DNA of 61,997 nucleotides from a virus (IMGVR_UViG_3300027848_000021:1-61997), one strand, 5' to 3'. Shown: positions 8,344-19,450, numbered from the stretch's first letter. Translations and numbers: made by a program. Notes: generated by a model not told the origin, from the sequence alone.

Positions 8344-9585
8344 TTACCCGAGCGGCATTTCGTCGAGTCGACCGAATCCGGAATCGCCAAGCGTAAAATA
8401 AAATGCGTCAACAGTTAAGTGATAAATTGTGTACCCTAATGGTCTCGCGGGCTCGACCGCGTTCAAGACTAGCTGGCTCTCTTCGCCGGCAATCGCGTCC
8501 GGGGTCTCGTTCGTTAGAGTGCGTACCAGTATTGACCATGTGTCGTTATTGTAATGCGGGGTAATCCCTACCACCTGCGTGCTCACCGCTCCATCGGTTG
8601 TAATTTTCAAAACCTGACGAACGGCATTATAGATGGATTTCCTTGTTCCGGCAGCGTAGCCGTAGAACGCGCCGTTTAATTGTGCATCTATAAACTCACG
8701 CTGGGTGCCAGCGTTTTCGAAGTGATTAGCACCCGTACCGTCGGTTAGGTTTCTGGCTAATCGTGCTCCCGTAAATTGGCTCAACCAATTCACATATTTC
8801 TCCCTAAGCACCCGCACATCTGTTAGCACGCTAAATTTGTCTTCATCGGGAAAATCATTTTTACCAACTAACTCCTTGACCTCATGACCTAGTAATTTTT
8901 TGTACTCTCGATGGGCCTCGTTTGCGGAGCTGAATAGGCAGTCTATGAAGCGATGGAATGGAGCTGTTGGGTAGGATTGTTGCGAATCGCGCTCCCAATA
9001 GAAATCAGGCATGAATTGTCGCGCTCCTGCAACAAATAAATTGTCGTAAAATCGCTGGTCGTCAATAAGATTCGGCAAAGTCATAAAGATATTTTGGCCG
9101 CCATGGTCAGTTATCTCTATATGTACTGTTGCCGTGTGATAGACGCCATCATCCGGGACTATCGTCGTATTCGAATGTACGGCGGCATATACTCCGCTTG
9201 CCGTTTCCGTCGTGTCGTGGTGGCCCCCTGCCGGTTGTCCGTCAATAGACAAAAGTGCATGACCCGTAAAAGGCTCAGTAGATTTCATCTTGCAATTAAA
9301 CGACAATACACGCCCATTGTCCGCTAGGACCAACGGAATTCCCGATAGCCCAATAGTCACGATGCCCGCACCAGATGGGGCTACTCTTAGCACGAATCGC
9401 GTATTAACCAGAAATTCCGTTGTTATAACGCTTGCCGTCGCACCGGTTACCACCCAGTTGGTGGTTACGTCGGCGAGTGCGATTGATGAACCCGAAACAG
9501 AACTCCCACCGGTAGTCGAGTTCGACACGCGCAAAACCGCGTACAGCCCGTCTGTGTCGGAAAGAATATTTACACTGGTCGCCAT
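8344..9585 (-). CDS. Baseplate wedge protein (P2 gpI-like C-domain)
   Basis: MPDFY, WLSQFTG, GTRKSI, RPLGY; downstream of baseplate J. Confidence 0.7.
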   Translation of the reverse strand: MATSVNILSDTDGLYAVLRVSNSTTGGSSVSGSSIALADVTTNWVVTGATASVITTEFLVNTRFVLRVAPSGAGIVTIGLSGIPLVLADNGRVLSFNCKMKSTEPFTGHALLSIDGQPAGGHHDTTETASGVYAAVHSNTTIVPDDGVYHTATVHIEITDHGGQNIFMTLPNLIDDQRFYDNLFVAGARQFMPDFYWERDSQQSYPTAPFHRFIDCLFSSANEAHREYKKLLGHEVKELVGKNDFPDEDKFSVLTDVRVLREKYVNWLSQFTGARLARNLTDGTGANHFENAGTQREFIDAQLNGAFYGYAAGTRKSIYNAVRQVLKITTDGAVSTQVVGITPHYNNDTWSILVRTLTNETPDAIAGEESQLVLNAVEPARPLGYTIYHLTVDAFYFTLGDSGFGRLDEMPLG

Positions 9586-9586
9586 G

Positions 9587-11047
9587 TTAGTAAGTGATAT
9601 CTGTCGCGGTATACGTAAACGTAATGTCAGCAGTCGTCAAAATCGGCAAACTTCCCTTTGTGTGAAAGAGTAAATCGTTTCCCAATTTTGGCAGCCAGCC
9701 ATTGCCTGAAGAAGTCAGCACTAGGTTTTCTGTGTACACCACTCCGGGGATGCTCATTATCAATGTCGTTATTCGCGCAAGACGAATTCGGTCTTCCGAG
9801 TATGAATACTGTTTGGGGCTTAGAGTTTCAACCAGGGCTGATTCGATACTGGTCTGTAGACTTGTGGCATTGTATCTGTCGTCAATGATTATGTCGCCGG
9901 TAATCGTTAAGGTCAACAGGGTGGGATTCTTCACTGCGAATACTAAGCCAGCTACCGAAAAACCACTTATGTCATTAAATATTATAGTTTTTTGTGTAGC
10001 TGTTAAAAATGTATTCAGGCCATAGGCGAATACGGTCACGTAACCGGAAATCGGCTGACCGCCCGAGGCGGTTCCGGCGCACGCTGCGGAGGTAACGTTA
10101 GCGGCAACTTTGGTGTATGTTAATGTTGTCGTCAATGGAACTGCCACGATAGTGAATGTTCCGTTAAACGTTGCATCAACACCGGTGATAGTGACGACAT
10201 CACCAACAATAAACACATGGGCCGCAGAGGTCGTGAGGGTTGCCACGTCCGCTGTAAGGGCCTTGTTCGTAATCGTAATGGTTCTAGCGACGCTAATGTC
10301 GCCAAGGGTTTCATCTCCGTACGTTAAATCATAAGATTTAACACGGCTAACAGTATCTGCGTAATTTGAAAGAATATAGGCGTCAAGCTGGGAGGACGTA
10401 TTTATCGCGGAGCTGAGTGATTTTAGGTGTGTCGTGACGCGGGATAGATAGTCATGGTCTAAATCAGCCGCAATGCCGTTTGAGAAATTTGAATCTGCGG
10501 CGGTTAGTGCCGAATAAATAGTCAAGCCAGAACTCAAAATACTTAATTCTGTTGCGTCGGGGATTGTTGGAATGACTCCCGCAAATAAACAGGTAGCAGC
10601 AACGGTGCCGCTTGGATAGGGGTCTCCGGGCGCCGGGCCTACGATGGCGTCTATGACGAGAGCATCATTCGTTTCAAATACAAATTCTTGCAACTCGTCT
10701 TCGAATAGCACCGAATGGCCGAAAAGCGACCCTGATGGCACCGTCGTCCCTACGTAGCTATCTGCCGTAATGGTTATGTCAACTTCGGCGGGAATTGCGT
10801 CTTGTCGTGGAACTCCAAGAATCCCGGCGATACCCGCCATTAGGCGGTCCGGTAAACGATTTATTGCAGCAATATTTAATGCGCTGATATATGAGGCTGC
10901 CTGAAATATGGCATCTTCTGGCGTTCCTGTGCGCAAATTGAAATCGGGCATCGTTGTGCGCGCCGCCTCTATGGCATCGAGATAAATATCTCCAGGCTGA
11001 GAATTGAAAATTGATAAATCAATGTATTTGGAAAAATCTACTGGCAT
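9587..11047 (-). CDS. Baseplate J-like protein with inserted beta-rich domain
   Basis: GTPEDAI, LGVPR, GxxADLDxDYLSR, IPGV; insert HVFIVGDVVTITGV. Confidence 0.8.
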   Translation of the reverse strand: MPVDFSKYIDLSIFNSQPGDIYLDAIEAARTTMPDFNLRTGTPEDAIFQAASYISALNIAAINRLPDRLMAGIAGILGVPRQDAIPAEVDITITADSYVGTTVPSGSLFGHSVLFEDELQEFVFETNDALVIDAIVGPAPGDPYPSGTVAATCLFAGVIPTIPDATELSILSSGLTIYSALTAADSNFSNGIAADLDHDYLSRVTTHLKSLSSAINTSSQLDAYILSNYADTVSRVKSYDLTYGDETLGDISVARTITITNKALTADVATLTTSAAHVFIVGDVVTITGVDATFNGTFTIVAVPLTTTLTYTKVAANVTSAACAGTASGGQPISGYVTVFAYGLNTFLTATQKTIIFNDISGFSVAGLVFAVKNPTLLTLTITGDIIIDDRYNATSLQTSIESALVETLSPKQYSYSEDRIRLARITTLIMSIPGVVYTENLVLTSSGNGWLPKLGNDLLFHTKGSLPILTTADITFTYTATDITY

Positions 11048-11049
11048 GA

Positions 11050-11352
11050 CTATGAGGCCTTTCGTCTAAATTCGAAAGAAACGTTGACATTTCCATTACT
11101 CTCATCAAACTCGCTGTTAACGGAAATAATCTCAACTTCTGGAACAAATTTTGCGGCAGTAAGAACAAAAAGGCTTTTATCAATCCCAATAAAGCTCGGG
11201 TCAAAGGCGCCAAAACGTGGAGAAAATGGGTGGGTCTGCGGTTCGGTAAGTATCGCGATACTCAGTAGTTGGGTGTAATAATCGTGTGAACCATCAATGA
11301 GTTTAGCAAATCCGTTTTTGCCAAAACTAATTGGGAATTTAATCATGTCCAT
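11050..11352 (-). CDS. Baseplate wedge subunit, gp25/GpW-like
   Basis: IKFP, LTEPQTHPFSPRFG; size and position. Confidence 0.7.
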   Translation of the reverse strand: MDMIKFPISFGKNGFAKLIDGSHDYYTQLLSIAILTEPQTHPFSPRFGAFDPSFIGIDKSLFVLTAAKFVPEVEIISVNSEFDESNGNVNVSFEFRRKAS

Positions 11353-11353
11353 G

Positions 11354-11713
11354 TTATGGTCCCTCCAGTGCTGTCACGCGAAGGTCAAGTGCCGCAAGGG
11401 CCGCCGTAAGGGCGGCTACTGTTACGGCGGAGGCGAATATGTCTGCTTTTAGTGTTGTTGGCCCGAAAGCAACAATACGTAATGCTGATTCATCTGTAAA
11501 TGTGCATTGAAGAATGTCGCCTATGGACACCTTGTTTAGGGGGGTCGTCCCGAGCGGTAGAACCCGGCCGTACGACGTACCAAGAACGCCAATTTTGATT
11601 GTTGCCAGCCCGGAAGAATTGACGGCGGTAACAGTGCCATTGTAGAACTCTCCGACACGCAGGGGCGCGGAAGCAGCCTTGTCGCGGTCGATTGTGCTTG
11701 GTTGGGGTCTCAT
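11354..11713 (-). CDS. Putative short baseplate spike (gpV-like OB fold)
   Basis: YNGTVTAV...IGD pattern; located between hub and gp25. Confidence 0.5.
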   Translation of the reverse strand: MRPQPSTIDRDKAASAPLRVGEFYNGTVTAVNSSGLATIKIGVLGTSYGRVLPLGTTPLNKVSIGDILQCTFTDESALRIVAFGPTTLKADIFASAVTVAALTAALAALDLRVTALEGP

Positions 11714-11798
11714 TTGTGTCCTCGTTGATATCTTAATTTACCAGCATAGTTTATATTACATATCGAAATGCCCCGTGCGTCAAGTGATATGTAACTAA

Positions 11799-13451
11799 TC
11801 ATGTCAAACCTGCCGTGTTCGGATATACGCTAGTGTTGATGTTGAGGGCTGGAAATCGCATTGTCAAAATCAATCGTTGTTGCTGGGATATTAAACCAGC
11901 ATATAGTTTGGCTTGGTCCGGGTCGGATATTTTGCCTAGATGAAGACCGTCGGCGAGATACTTGGAAACTACTTGGGCGCTAGTTTTTTGCACTGCCACT
12001 CCGCTTTCCGTCCATATCGTTGCGAGCACCACCGCGGTGTTGGTGGCCTCCCACGCTCCGGAATTTATGGTGAGATTTACTCGTTGGTATACCGTGATGG
12101 AGTACGTGGTTTTCGGCTTCAGGGTCGTAGCGTCCCATAAAACCGGCCGTGAATACAGGGGAATATTCCCCACCGTCGTCACGAATGGCGATTTCAACCT
12201 GGGATAACTGTATTCGTCGAGTAGTGTCGGGAGCGGGATAATCCGTCCGTCTATTGGTGGAGGTATGGGTCCCCCGTTAATTCTTGCGGACCTGATTACC
12301 TTGAGGTCATTAATGGAGTCGCCCGTTTGGACAAATGTTCCACCGATTCGCAGGGTCGGAGGGAATTCTTTTTCCCCACGCGCTGGCTTTCTAAATCTTA
12401 CCGTCACGGGGTCCGGTGTCCTGTCCGTGAAACTAACGGACTCAATCAAATAGTAACCATTTAAATTCGGGACATCGCCAATATATGCCGTCATGCCCGG
12501 CCTGATTTGGGTAGCGTTCGTTCTGTCTAGAAGCATTGTCCCGTCACCATAAAATGGGTCGTTATCGGACAGGTTTATTGTCGGCCACTGAAGCGGGAAA
12601 AAATATCCCGGGGTACCTTTTGTAACCGTAGGGTATTGTAGCGGGATATATTTCCACGTTTCGATTCGTTTCTTTTTGGTTTTTTTGTCTGTAACAATTC
12701 TTTCTTCTGTATCCGCGCCCCATTTGTGAAGAATATACTTTTCAGATGCAAAGATTAAATACCCGTCTACTTCAAAAACAACAAATTTGGCATCTCCCGC
12801 TAATTTGCCAATTACTTCCCAGAGAGACTCGGCCTGTTTGTCTCCGCCAGCCTTTGTTATATTCTGTTTTTTTGATGTTTGCTGTCCCCAGAATTTAAGT
12901 CCATATTTTAGTGCCGCCCGCTTGACAAATTCAGTCCCCGTTCCAGTAATCTTTGATGGAGTTCTGTCTCGCTTCATTTGTTGAATAGCTTTGGAATAAC
13001 ATCTTACCGACCACTGTGGACTACCACCGCCCCCCTGCGATATATCAACGCTTGCGATTTCAAATAATTGTGTTTGCTTGGTCGCAGCGTAACCCTTATT
13101 GGGGCCAGTATTCGCTATTGTTCCAAGTGTCTGAGTTTCATATATTACGTCACGACCGATTACGAAATAATTATTAGTTGCATACGCCAATTCTTGTGCA
13201 AATTGGCCTTCAGGCCGCGAGTATCTAGTGTAATCGGTGGTTGCCGACTCCAGTACGTCGAAACTCAACTGCGATGATTCCGACATTTGATAATCAATTT
13301 GAACATTAATAATGGATTCATTGATGTTCGATATTTGATTAGTATCTAGATTCGCGATAAATATTTGACCGGCCCAATTTCGGGTTGACAAATTTCCTTC
13401 CGCAAGCGGAAATCGCGTAGACGGCCCTACATCGCTCAATAGTTCCATCAC
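11799..13451 (-). CDS. Baseplate hub-like protein
   Basis: ESLWEVIGKLA, IRPGMTAYI, NGYYLIESV typical of gpD/gp27-like hubs; position. Confidence 0.65.
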   Translation of the reverse strand: MMELLSDVGPSTRFPLAEGNLSTRNWAGQIFIANLDTNQISNINESIINVQIDYQMSESSQLSFDVLESATTDYTRYSRPEGQFAQELAYATNNYFVIGRDVIYETQTLGTIANTGPNKGYAATKQTQLFEIASVDISQGGGGSPQWSVRCYSKAIQQMKRDRTPSKITGTGTEFVKRAALKYGLKFWGQQTSKKQNITKAGGDKQAESLWEVIGKLAGDAKFVVFEVDGYLIFASEKYILHKWGADTEERIVTDKKTKKKRIETWKYIPLQYPTVTKGTPGYFFPLQWPTINLSDNDPFYGDGTMLLDRTNATQIRPGMTAYIGDVPNLNGYYLIESVSFTDRTPDPVTVRFRKPARGEKEFPPTLRIGGTFVQTGDSINDLKVIRSARINGGPIPPPIDGRIIPLPTLLDEYSYPRLKSPFVTTVGNIPLYSRPVLWDATTLKPKTTYSITVYQRVNLTINSGAWEATNTAVVLATIWTESGVAVQKTSAQVVSKYLADGLHLGKISDPDQAKLYAGLISQQQRLILTMRFPALNINTSVYPNTAGLT

Positions 13452-15007
13452 TATCCCACCACCTTGGACACATTCCCAAGAACCTCATTCGACATTAATC
13501 TGTACGTCTCGCCAAAGGTTAAGTCATTCCGAGGTACGTTCGTGGCATTTTTGCCAACTGGAATCAACCTGGGCATGTCCAGTAGGTTAATCAACTCAAG
13601 CGGCAATTCCTGTAACGTAATATTCACGGTTGCCCTATTGAGCTCGCCGCCCGCCGCCCTGTATATTTCTGCTATTGAAAAATCGTTGATGGCGAATTCA
13701 ATGCCGCGTACCTTCTCGCCTGGGATAATCGGAAAACGTAATTGATTTGTGACTATGTCGTCGAAGCCAAATAACATAACAGGAAATGGCCGTACTGCCA
13801 TTCTGCGCAAATTTAGTAATTGTTCTCTTATGTCTATCGTTATAGACTCACTCTGCGCGGTAGTATCAAAACCGCTCATCATGTATGCGCCGTCCTTAAT
13901 TCTAGTTACGACCGTAAATTGAAAAGCAACTTTTATTAATTTATAATTTTTCCAATCTATCAGCGGGACCTGACCAACTCTGGGTATTTCCGTCCACTCC
14001 GAACCGATATTATCGTACGTTAACTTGGGCATAATATCAAATTCATGAACAGCCCTAATAAATCCGGCGTCCGATGGTGTCGAGTACATTTGCACAATAG
14101 CGGCCTTCTCGCCGACTTCCCTTACGGCCCTGCCCCCATAGCCAAAATTGCCCCTTACGCGGACATTGGCTTTGATGCTGCCGGCACCGACGCCGCCCGG
14201 CGCCCCTTGTGGGCGTTTTGTTATTCCCGCCGCCCCCGGTCCCGGTATCGCGTTGGTGCCGAGCGCGCCCAACGCGATTGCCGCCATCGCTTGCGGCCTT
14301 GGCATTCCGGACATCATTAATGCAAGTATTCGGCCTTCCATTAATGGAGACATAGCGGGGTCGTTAATAAACTGTTCGGTCTTTGCATCTCGATGGTGCG
14401 GGTAAAATCGGCCGTAACCGCCGTTCGTACTCGGGTGCCACCAATAAAGAACAACGTCTTGAGTGATTGCATCTTTTTCTGCCGAAAGCTTTATCCAGAC
14501 GACCAAATTATTATAACAATATGGATTTTTTATACTTACACCCCACCCCAGCCCCCTGCCGATATTCGACCATAAAATTGTGTTATCGGTAGCAACGTAT
14601 GTTTCTCCGTTATAAATTTTATGTATGCCCTTTGTTGGCGAATCCGTAATGCATTTGGTATGTGGGTCCGATATAAAATCGTTAGCCGTCAGCACCAAGG
14701 ATGTATCTCTATTTGGGGTCGGTTGACTGAGGGACGCTTGAAATTCGGCATTTGTTTCATATTTCTCATACGACGTACGAGGTCGCCAATATAGTTGGGG
14801 CGGGGACACTTCGGCCCAGGCGTTTGGGTCGTACTCATTCGGGCTCAAATTGGCAACTAATCTGTTGGTACATCTGTAGTGGCGGAATAGAGGAAATCCC
14901 CTATATGCGTTTACCTTGATAATCAGGCCTACCATCAACGTCGGCGACGATGACGTACGGTGGCCGGTTGCAAAATACCGTAATTCGTTTAGGTAGTGAT
15001 GATTCAT
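13451..15007 (-). CDS. Tail protein, probable tube-initiator domain at the C-terminus
   Basis: Directly after the tape measure; WTEIPRVG...RATVNITLQE. Confidence 0.55.
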   Translation of the reverse strand: MNHHYLNELRYFATGHRTSSSPTLMVGLIIKVNAYRGFPLFRHYRCTNRLVANLSPNEYDPNAWAEVSPPQLYWRPRTSYEKYETNAEFQASLSQPTPNRDTSLVLTANDFISDPHTKCITDSPTKGIHKIYNGETYVATDNTILWSNIGRGLGWGVSIKNPYCYNNLVVWIKLSAEKDAITQDVVLYWWHPSTNGGYGRFYPHHRDAKTEQFINDPAMSPLMEGRILALMMSGMPRPQAMAAIALGALGTNAIPGPGAAGITKRPQGAPGGVGAGSIKANVRVRGNFGYGGRAVREVGEKAAIVQMYSTPSDAGFIRAVHEFDIMPKLTYDNIGSEWTEIPRVGQVPLIDWKNYKLIKVAFQFTVVTRIKDGAYMMSGFDTTAQSESITIDIREQLLNLRRMAVRPFPVMLFGFDDIVTNQLRFPIIPGEKVRGIEFAINDFSIAEIYRAAGGELNRATVNITLQELPLELINLLDMPRLIPVGKNATNVPRNDLTFGETYRLMSNEVLGNVSKVVG

Positions 15008-18000
15008 GAACGCTCCCTACTGTTCCGTTCCTTGTCGTTAATTTTTTGCATTACGAGATTTGCCAATTGATTTTCGTTCATGCCTTGCGACGGATAAACA
15101 TTTAGCGTCGTTGCATATGTGTCTCCGCCCGACGTAGCGCTAGCCGCCCGACCCGAACCACGCATTGATGGAACGGCCGTATCGCCCACTCCACCCATAC
15201 CCGGACCCGGTACGACATGCAGGTGGCGATTAGCGGCACCGCCATGGAATTCGGCGAACCCGCCATTAGCGCGCGCCATGACGGCATACTGACCAAGATT
15301 TTGACCAACAAGGTCAATCGCTCGACCTGTTACGTGGTCGGAGTTACCTGAGCCGAGATTCGTCGTACGGTAACCAGACGTCACCGTGCGCGTTCCCGTA
15401 AGTTGGCTATTCATCGCCTGATGTCTGGCTAATGTTTGGGAGATTCGTGATGATGTTGTATCGCCGATACCGGAGCCACGGGGGGTCGATGTGTCGTCGG
15501 CCCAAACTGGCTTTTCGTTCCACCAACTTGGAGCCGCGCTCTTCGGGGTATTCGAAAAGAATTCGTCTGTATGGGTCTTATAAGTGTTCACGGCATCGAC
15601 GAAGTCCTTTCCGGCGCCCTCCATTTGGTCCGCGACAGCGTCTAATGCGTCTGTCGGTATCTTCTCGCCTATCAGACTAATGAGCCCGCCTTCGCCCAGG
15701 GTCTGGTTTAGCAAACTCACACCACCGATTCCCTCTTTCCCCTTGGCGGCGCTCTTGTCGAGACTAAGTTTACCGCCCTGCAAATCGCTCAAAAACTTTT
15801 CGAGCTCTGCGGGGTTCATTTGTTTCATCGCGGTTCTTATGTCGTCTGCCTTAAAGGACAAATTGCTTTCTGCACCCAGGGCCTGATATTGGGCAACCCC
15901 AACGTCCATGAGACCTTTTAGCTGCTGTTCTTCTACTTTTATCTGTAGGTCGGTGCGGAATGCTTTCTCCATGCCCTGAAGTGACCCCTCCTCTGTGAAC
16001 GCGGTGCCGCCAACCCCCGTAGTTTTCTGCTGGGCGAAATACGCCGCGACCGCGTCTCCGCCGGTAAGGGCAAGGTTGTCTGCTGCGTTGTCTCTTTGAA
16101 AAGCCAACATATCCCTATTGGTCATGGTGTTGGCTTGAAATTTGTTCCTAATCGCCACCGCCTTCTCATCCACGGCAAAAGTCGTATCTATTTTTTTTAT
16201 CTCCGCATCGAATAGTGATGTCGGGTCGAGGAGGGCATTTTGGTTGGCCATGCGCATTTCATCGGCCGACTTGAGCACGTTCAGCTTTAACTGCGTAACC
16301 ATGTCATCGAACTTTATGGTTGCATCGTAAAGGTTCACGCCCAAATTCTTGGCGAGCTGTTCTAGCTGCGGAGCGCTCTTGCCGCTCATCTTTCCTAGCA
16401 TCTCTATTCGCTTTTCATTAACACCGTCTATCTCTGTGAAGGCATCAATGGACGCCTTGGCCTTAGTGATAATCGCATCTATTGAACTACCTTCGCCCTC
16501 TAGTAAGTCCCTGCGCTGGTCCTTGGTCAAGGCCTGTTCGTCGGCTATGCGATTAAGAAGTTTTCGTCGACCCGTCTGTCGGGCGCTTGTGGCCTCGGCG
16601 TTATTCGCATTTGTGCTCATGCTCTTGGTGGCCTCTGCCTCCGCCACGAGGCCCATCGTTTTATCTCTAAATGTTTTGCCAACGTCCAGTAGCGAACCCC
16701 TCATCCCCGAAGTATTCTTCCCTTCGGCTAGAGCCCTTTGGCCCATATCGAACGTCGTATATGCGTTCGACATTATGCCCGTCAGCACGCCGGTAAGCGC
16801 GCTACCGATTGCTGCTTTGGCTAATTTTGCGCGTTCTTTAATGCCGTTAACTCCACCCATAATTGCGCCTGCAATTAAACCAAGAGCGCCACCTATCGCC
16901 GCTGCCGCGGGGGTGCCTCCAAGTTTCATTCCCAATGCCGCTCCACCTGCTGCGCCCGCAAGCGCGCCCGACCCTGCGGATTTTGCCTTCATTGCGCCGC
17001 CGAGTCCAGCAACGGCAATACCCAACATTGGGTCCACCTGTGATACGACGCCACCAAGGGCCATCGCCCCGCGCATTTCTTCCGGACCGTATTGCGACAT
17101 CGCCGCCAACCCCATACCGGCACCCATCCTGGCGCCCACGCTATTTTTCATGGTGTTATTAGCAAAATTTCCTGTTTTTGAAAAGTTTCGGTTATAACGC
17201 ATTGTTGCGCGCCTGTAATCCCTCCTTTGACGCTTATTTAAACTTGAGCCCCCTGGGCCCGTCCCGAATTCAGTTCGCTTTGGTGCGCCGCCACCAAAGC
17301 CAGCAACTTCGGCCATAGTCATTCGCTGCCTGGTGCCGTCACTCATGGTCTTCATCAACGATGGGTGCAGCGCGTCGCCGCCGCCGCCCCTCCAGCCCGG
17401 CCTCGATGTGGCGACACCCTGCGGCGAATACGGAGACGATGGTGCCGGTGTTCTCGGCCACGGAGATGATGGTGCCGGTGTTCTCGGCCACGGAGATGAT
17501 GGTGCCGGTGTTCTCGGCCACGGAGATGATGGTGCCGGTGTTCTCGGCCACGGAGATGATGGTGCTATTGCCGCCGGGGGCAGGGTTGTAAAATGGCCTC
17601 TTGCATTTCGCCCAACCGTCGGTTGCGTGTATCCAGGTCTCAGTCCGGCGCCGAGGGGAGAGGTTGCGCCAGAGCTCAATCTGTTAGCAGCGGCAGTGCC
17701 TGGGGCGACGCCGGGTCCGCCAAGATTTACGCTATTGGCCGTGACGTTCATGACTTGCGTGTTCGTCCCTCCGCCAGGAAGAAAGCTACCCTTGGTCGCT
17801 CCCATTTTGGAACCGACGTTGCGCATCAACATCAGTGGGAATAGGCTGCCCATCATTCCGCCACCAGCGAATTTAGTCATCATCCCAGTCAGTAGCCTGA
17901 AAACACTCGTTAGGCCTTCGACCAAATTATTAACAAGTGGAAGAATATCGAAAAAAGCTGATTTCATTTTTTGAGCGAATACGCTTACGGCATTTATTAA

Positions 18001-19401
18001 TATGCCAATTTTTTCTCCAAAACGAAGGACCTCATCTTTATTTTCCACAAGTTCATCGCGCATATTTTTTAGGTTGTCGGCTCCGCCCTGCTTAATCGCT
18101 TTCCAGATTGGCATAAATGCTTCTTCGAGAATTCTCGCACCGTCTATCAACGGTCGCATGCTGTCGGCCATAAGCCTGAATGTGCGGGTCATATTGCTCC
18201 ACCAGTCCCCCATCCTGCTGAACATCCCCTGTGATTTTGGAAGATAATCCTGAACCAATCTGACGAAGAAACTGCTTATTTTATCTACCGCAGTTACCAT
18301 CCCATCAAAGAAATTGCTGCTGCCCCATGCTGATGTAGCCGCGAATAATTTACGAAAGTTAAAAAATAAGATATTCGATATTTTTTGAAATGCTTCTTTT
18401 GCTGGTGCCAGAAAAGACTGACCGAAATCAGCAAACTGACCTTTGACTAAATTCAGAAATGTTTTTACTTGGCCTATCAGGGTGTTATTGACGGCGGCAA
18501 ATTGTCCCTCTACGCCACCCGCTTTGGCTAACTCCCCAGAGTCGAGACGTTTCCTGAGCTCATCTTTGGTTTTGATTCCCTTTAGTGCCTTGTTGACTGG
18601 GTCATTTATATCTCCCGACTTTGCGCCAGTTATTTTACGGAAGTCAGTCATGACTTGTTCTAGGGATTTTTTCCTATCAGACATCCCCGCAATTACCGCG
18701 CCGACCGCCTCCATGGCCGCTCCAGGGTCTTGTCCGGCAGAACCAAAATCCATTAAACCCGCAAACATTTTAGTACTGGCGTTTATCTGTGGTGTCGACA
18801 TGGTTTTCGCCATCACTGCGTAAGCTTTGTTCAGATTGGCAACCCCAAGTCCGGCAAGGTCAGCGTCCATCTGTAGGTTCCTCATTGCGGCTCTCGCTTG
18901 ATTTAAACCACTACCAAGTTCGCTCGCGCCCCGTCCCCTGAAGGCAAACATCGCAGCTTGCTGCTCGCGAATCGCGGCTGCTGCTAAACCAGCAGCAACC
19001 GTCAACGCAGCCACGCCAGCTGCCGCTATTTGCAGTGCTCCGCCCCATGCTTTCGCTAGGAATTGGCCGGTTATGAAAAGAGCATGGACGCCGAGCATCG
19101 CAAGGCTCAACAGGCCCATTTCGGCTATAACGGCCTTTATGCTCTTGCTTAGAAAACCCTTAAGTCCCTTACCAAACATTTGGACACCCTTGTCAACGAA
19201 GTCAAAATGTTTTTTGAATTTTCTAGAAGAACTATTTAAACTCTTGCTTAGTGCATTTTCGTATTTCTGAAGTGCGTTGGTGCGGCCGGAACTGAACCTG
19301 CCATCTTCTTCCTTGAGCCTCTTTAGGGCGCGCCTGTATCGCTCTAGCGTTTTTGTCGGCGCGTAGGTTTCGACCTCTACCTTGATATTCTCAGCAGCCA
19401 T
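15004..19401 (-). CDS. Tape measure protein with C-terminal M15-like Zn peptidase domain
   Basis: 1465 aa, Ala/Gly-rich, follows the chaperones; TSGYR...SDHVTGRAID...HLH near 15210-15390. Confidence 0.85.
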   Translation of the reverse strand: MAAENIKVEVETYAPTKTLERYRRALKRLKEEDGRFSSGRTNALQKYENALSKSLNSSSRKFKKHFDFVDKGVQMFGKGLKGFLSKSIKAVIAEMGLLSLAMLGVHALFITGQFLAKAWGGALQIAAAGVAALTVAAGLAAAAIREQQAAMFAFRGRGASELGSGLNQARAAMRNLQMDADLAGLGVANLNKAYAVMAKTMSTPQINASTKMFAGLMDFGSAGQDPGAAMEAVGAVIAGMSDRKKSLEQVMTDFRKITGAKSGDINDPVNKALKGIKTKDELRKRLDSGELAKAGGVEGQFAAVNNTLIGQVKTFLNLVKGQFADFGQSFLAPAKEAFQKISNILFFNFRKLFAATSAWGSSNFFDGMVTAVDKISSFFVRLVQDYLPKSQGMFSRMGDWWSNMTRTFRLMADSMRPLIDGARILEEAFMPIWKAIKQGGADNLKNMRDELVENKDEVLRFGEKIGILINAVSVFAQKMKSAFFDILPLVNNLVEGLTSVFRLLTGMMTKFAGGGMMGSLFPLMLMRNVGSKMGATKGSFLPGGGTNTQVMNVTANSVNLGGPGVAPGTAAANRLSSGATSPLGAGLRPGYTQPTVGRNARGHFTTLPPAAIAPSSPWPRTPAPSSPWPRTPAPSSPWPRTPAPSSPWPRTPAPSSPYSPQGVATSRPGWRGGGGDALHPSLMKTMSDGTRQRMTMAEVAGFGGGAPKRTEFGTGPGGSSLNKRQRRDYRRATMRYNRNFSKTGNFANNTMKNSVGARMGAGMGLAAMSQYGPEEMRGAMALGGVVSQVDPMLGIAVAGLGGAMKAKSAGSGALAGAAGGAALGMKLGGTPAAAAIGGALGLIAGAIMGGVNGIKERAKLAKAAIGSALTGVLTGIMSNAYTTFDMGQRALAEGKNTSGMRGSLLDVGKTFRDKTMGLVAEAEATKSMSTNANNAEATSARQTGRRKLLNRIADEQALTKDQRRDLLEGEGSSIDAIITKAKASIDAFTEIDGVNEKRIEMLGKMSGKSAPQLEQLAKNLGVNLYDATIKFDDMVTQLKLNVLKSADEMRMANQNALLDPTSLFDAEIKKIDTTFAVDEKAVAIRNKFQANTMTNRDMLAFQRDNAADNLALTGGDAVAAYFAQQKTTGVGGTAFTEEGSLQGMEKAFRTDLQIKVEEQQLKGLMDVGVAQYQALGAESNLSFKADDIRTAMKQMNPAELEKFLSDLQGGKLSLDKSAAKGKEGIGGVSLLNQTLGEGGLISLIGEKIPTDALDAVADQMEGAGKDFVDAVNTYKTHTDEFFSNTPKSAAPSWWNEKPVWADDTSTPRGSGIGDTTSSRISQTLARHQAMNSQLTGTRTVTSGYRTTNLGSGNSDHVTGRAIDLVGQNLGQYAVMARANGGFAEFHGGAANRHLHVVPGPGMGGVGDTAVPSMRGSGRAASATSGGDTYATTLNVYPSQGMNENQLANLVMQKINDKERNSRERS
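17431..17565 (-). repeat. 4.5 x 30-bp tandem repeat encoding (APSSPWPRTP)n inside the tape measure
   Basis: cggagatgatggtgccggtgttctcggcca, near-identical copies. Confidence 0.95.
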
Positions 19402-19450
19402 TAAATCTCCAATGAATTGTTAGTTCACGTGAGTGTAAGACTAAAACAGC

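Noticed and set aside
17431-17565. 30-bp repeats as a CRISPR array
   Set aside because: Copies are contiguous with no spacers and stay in frame within the tape measure gene.
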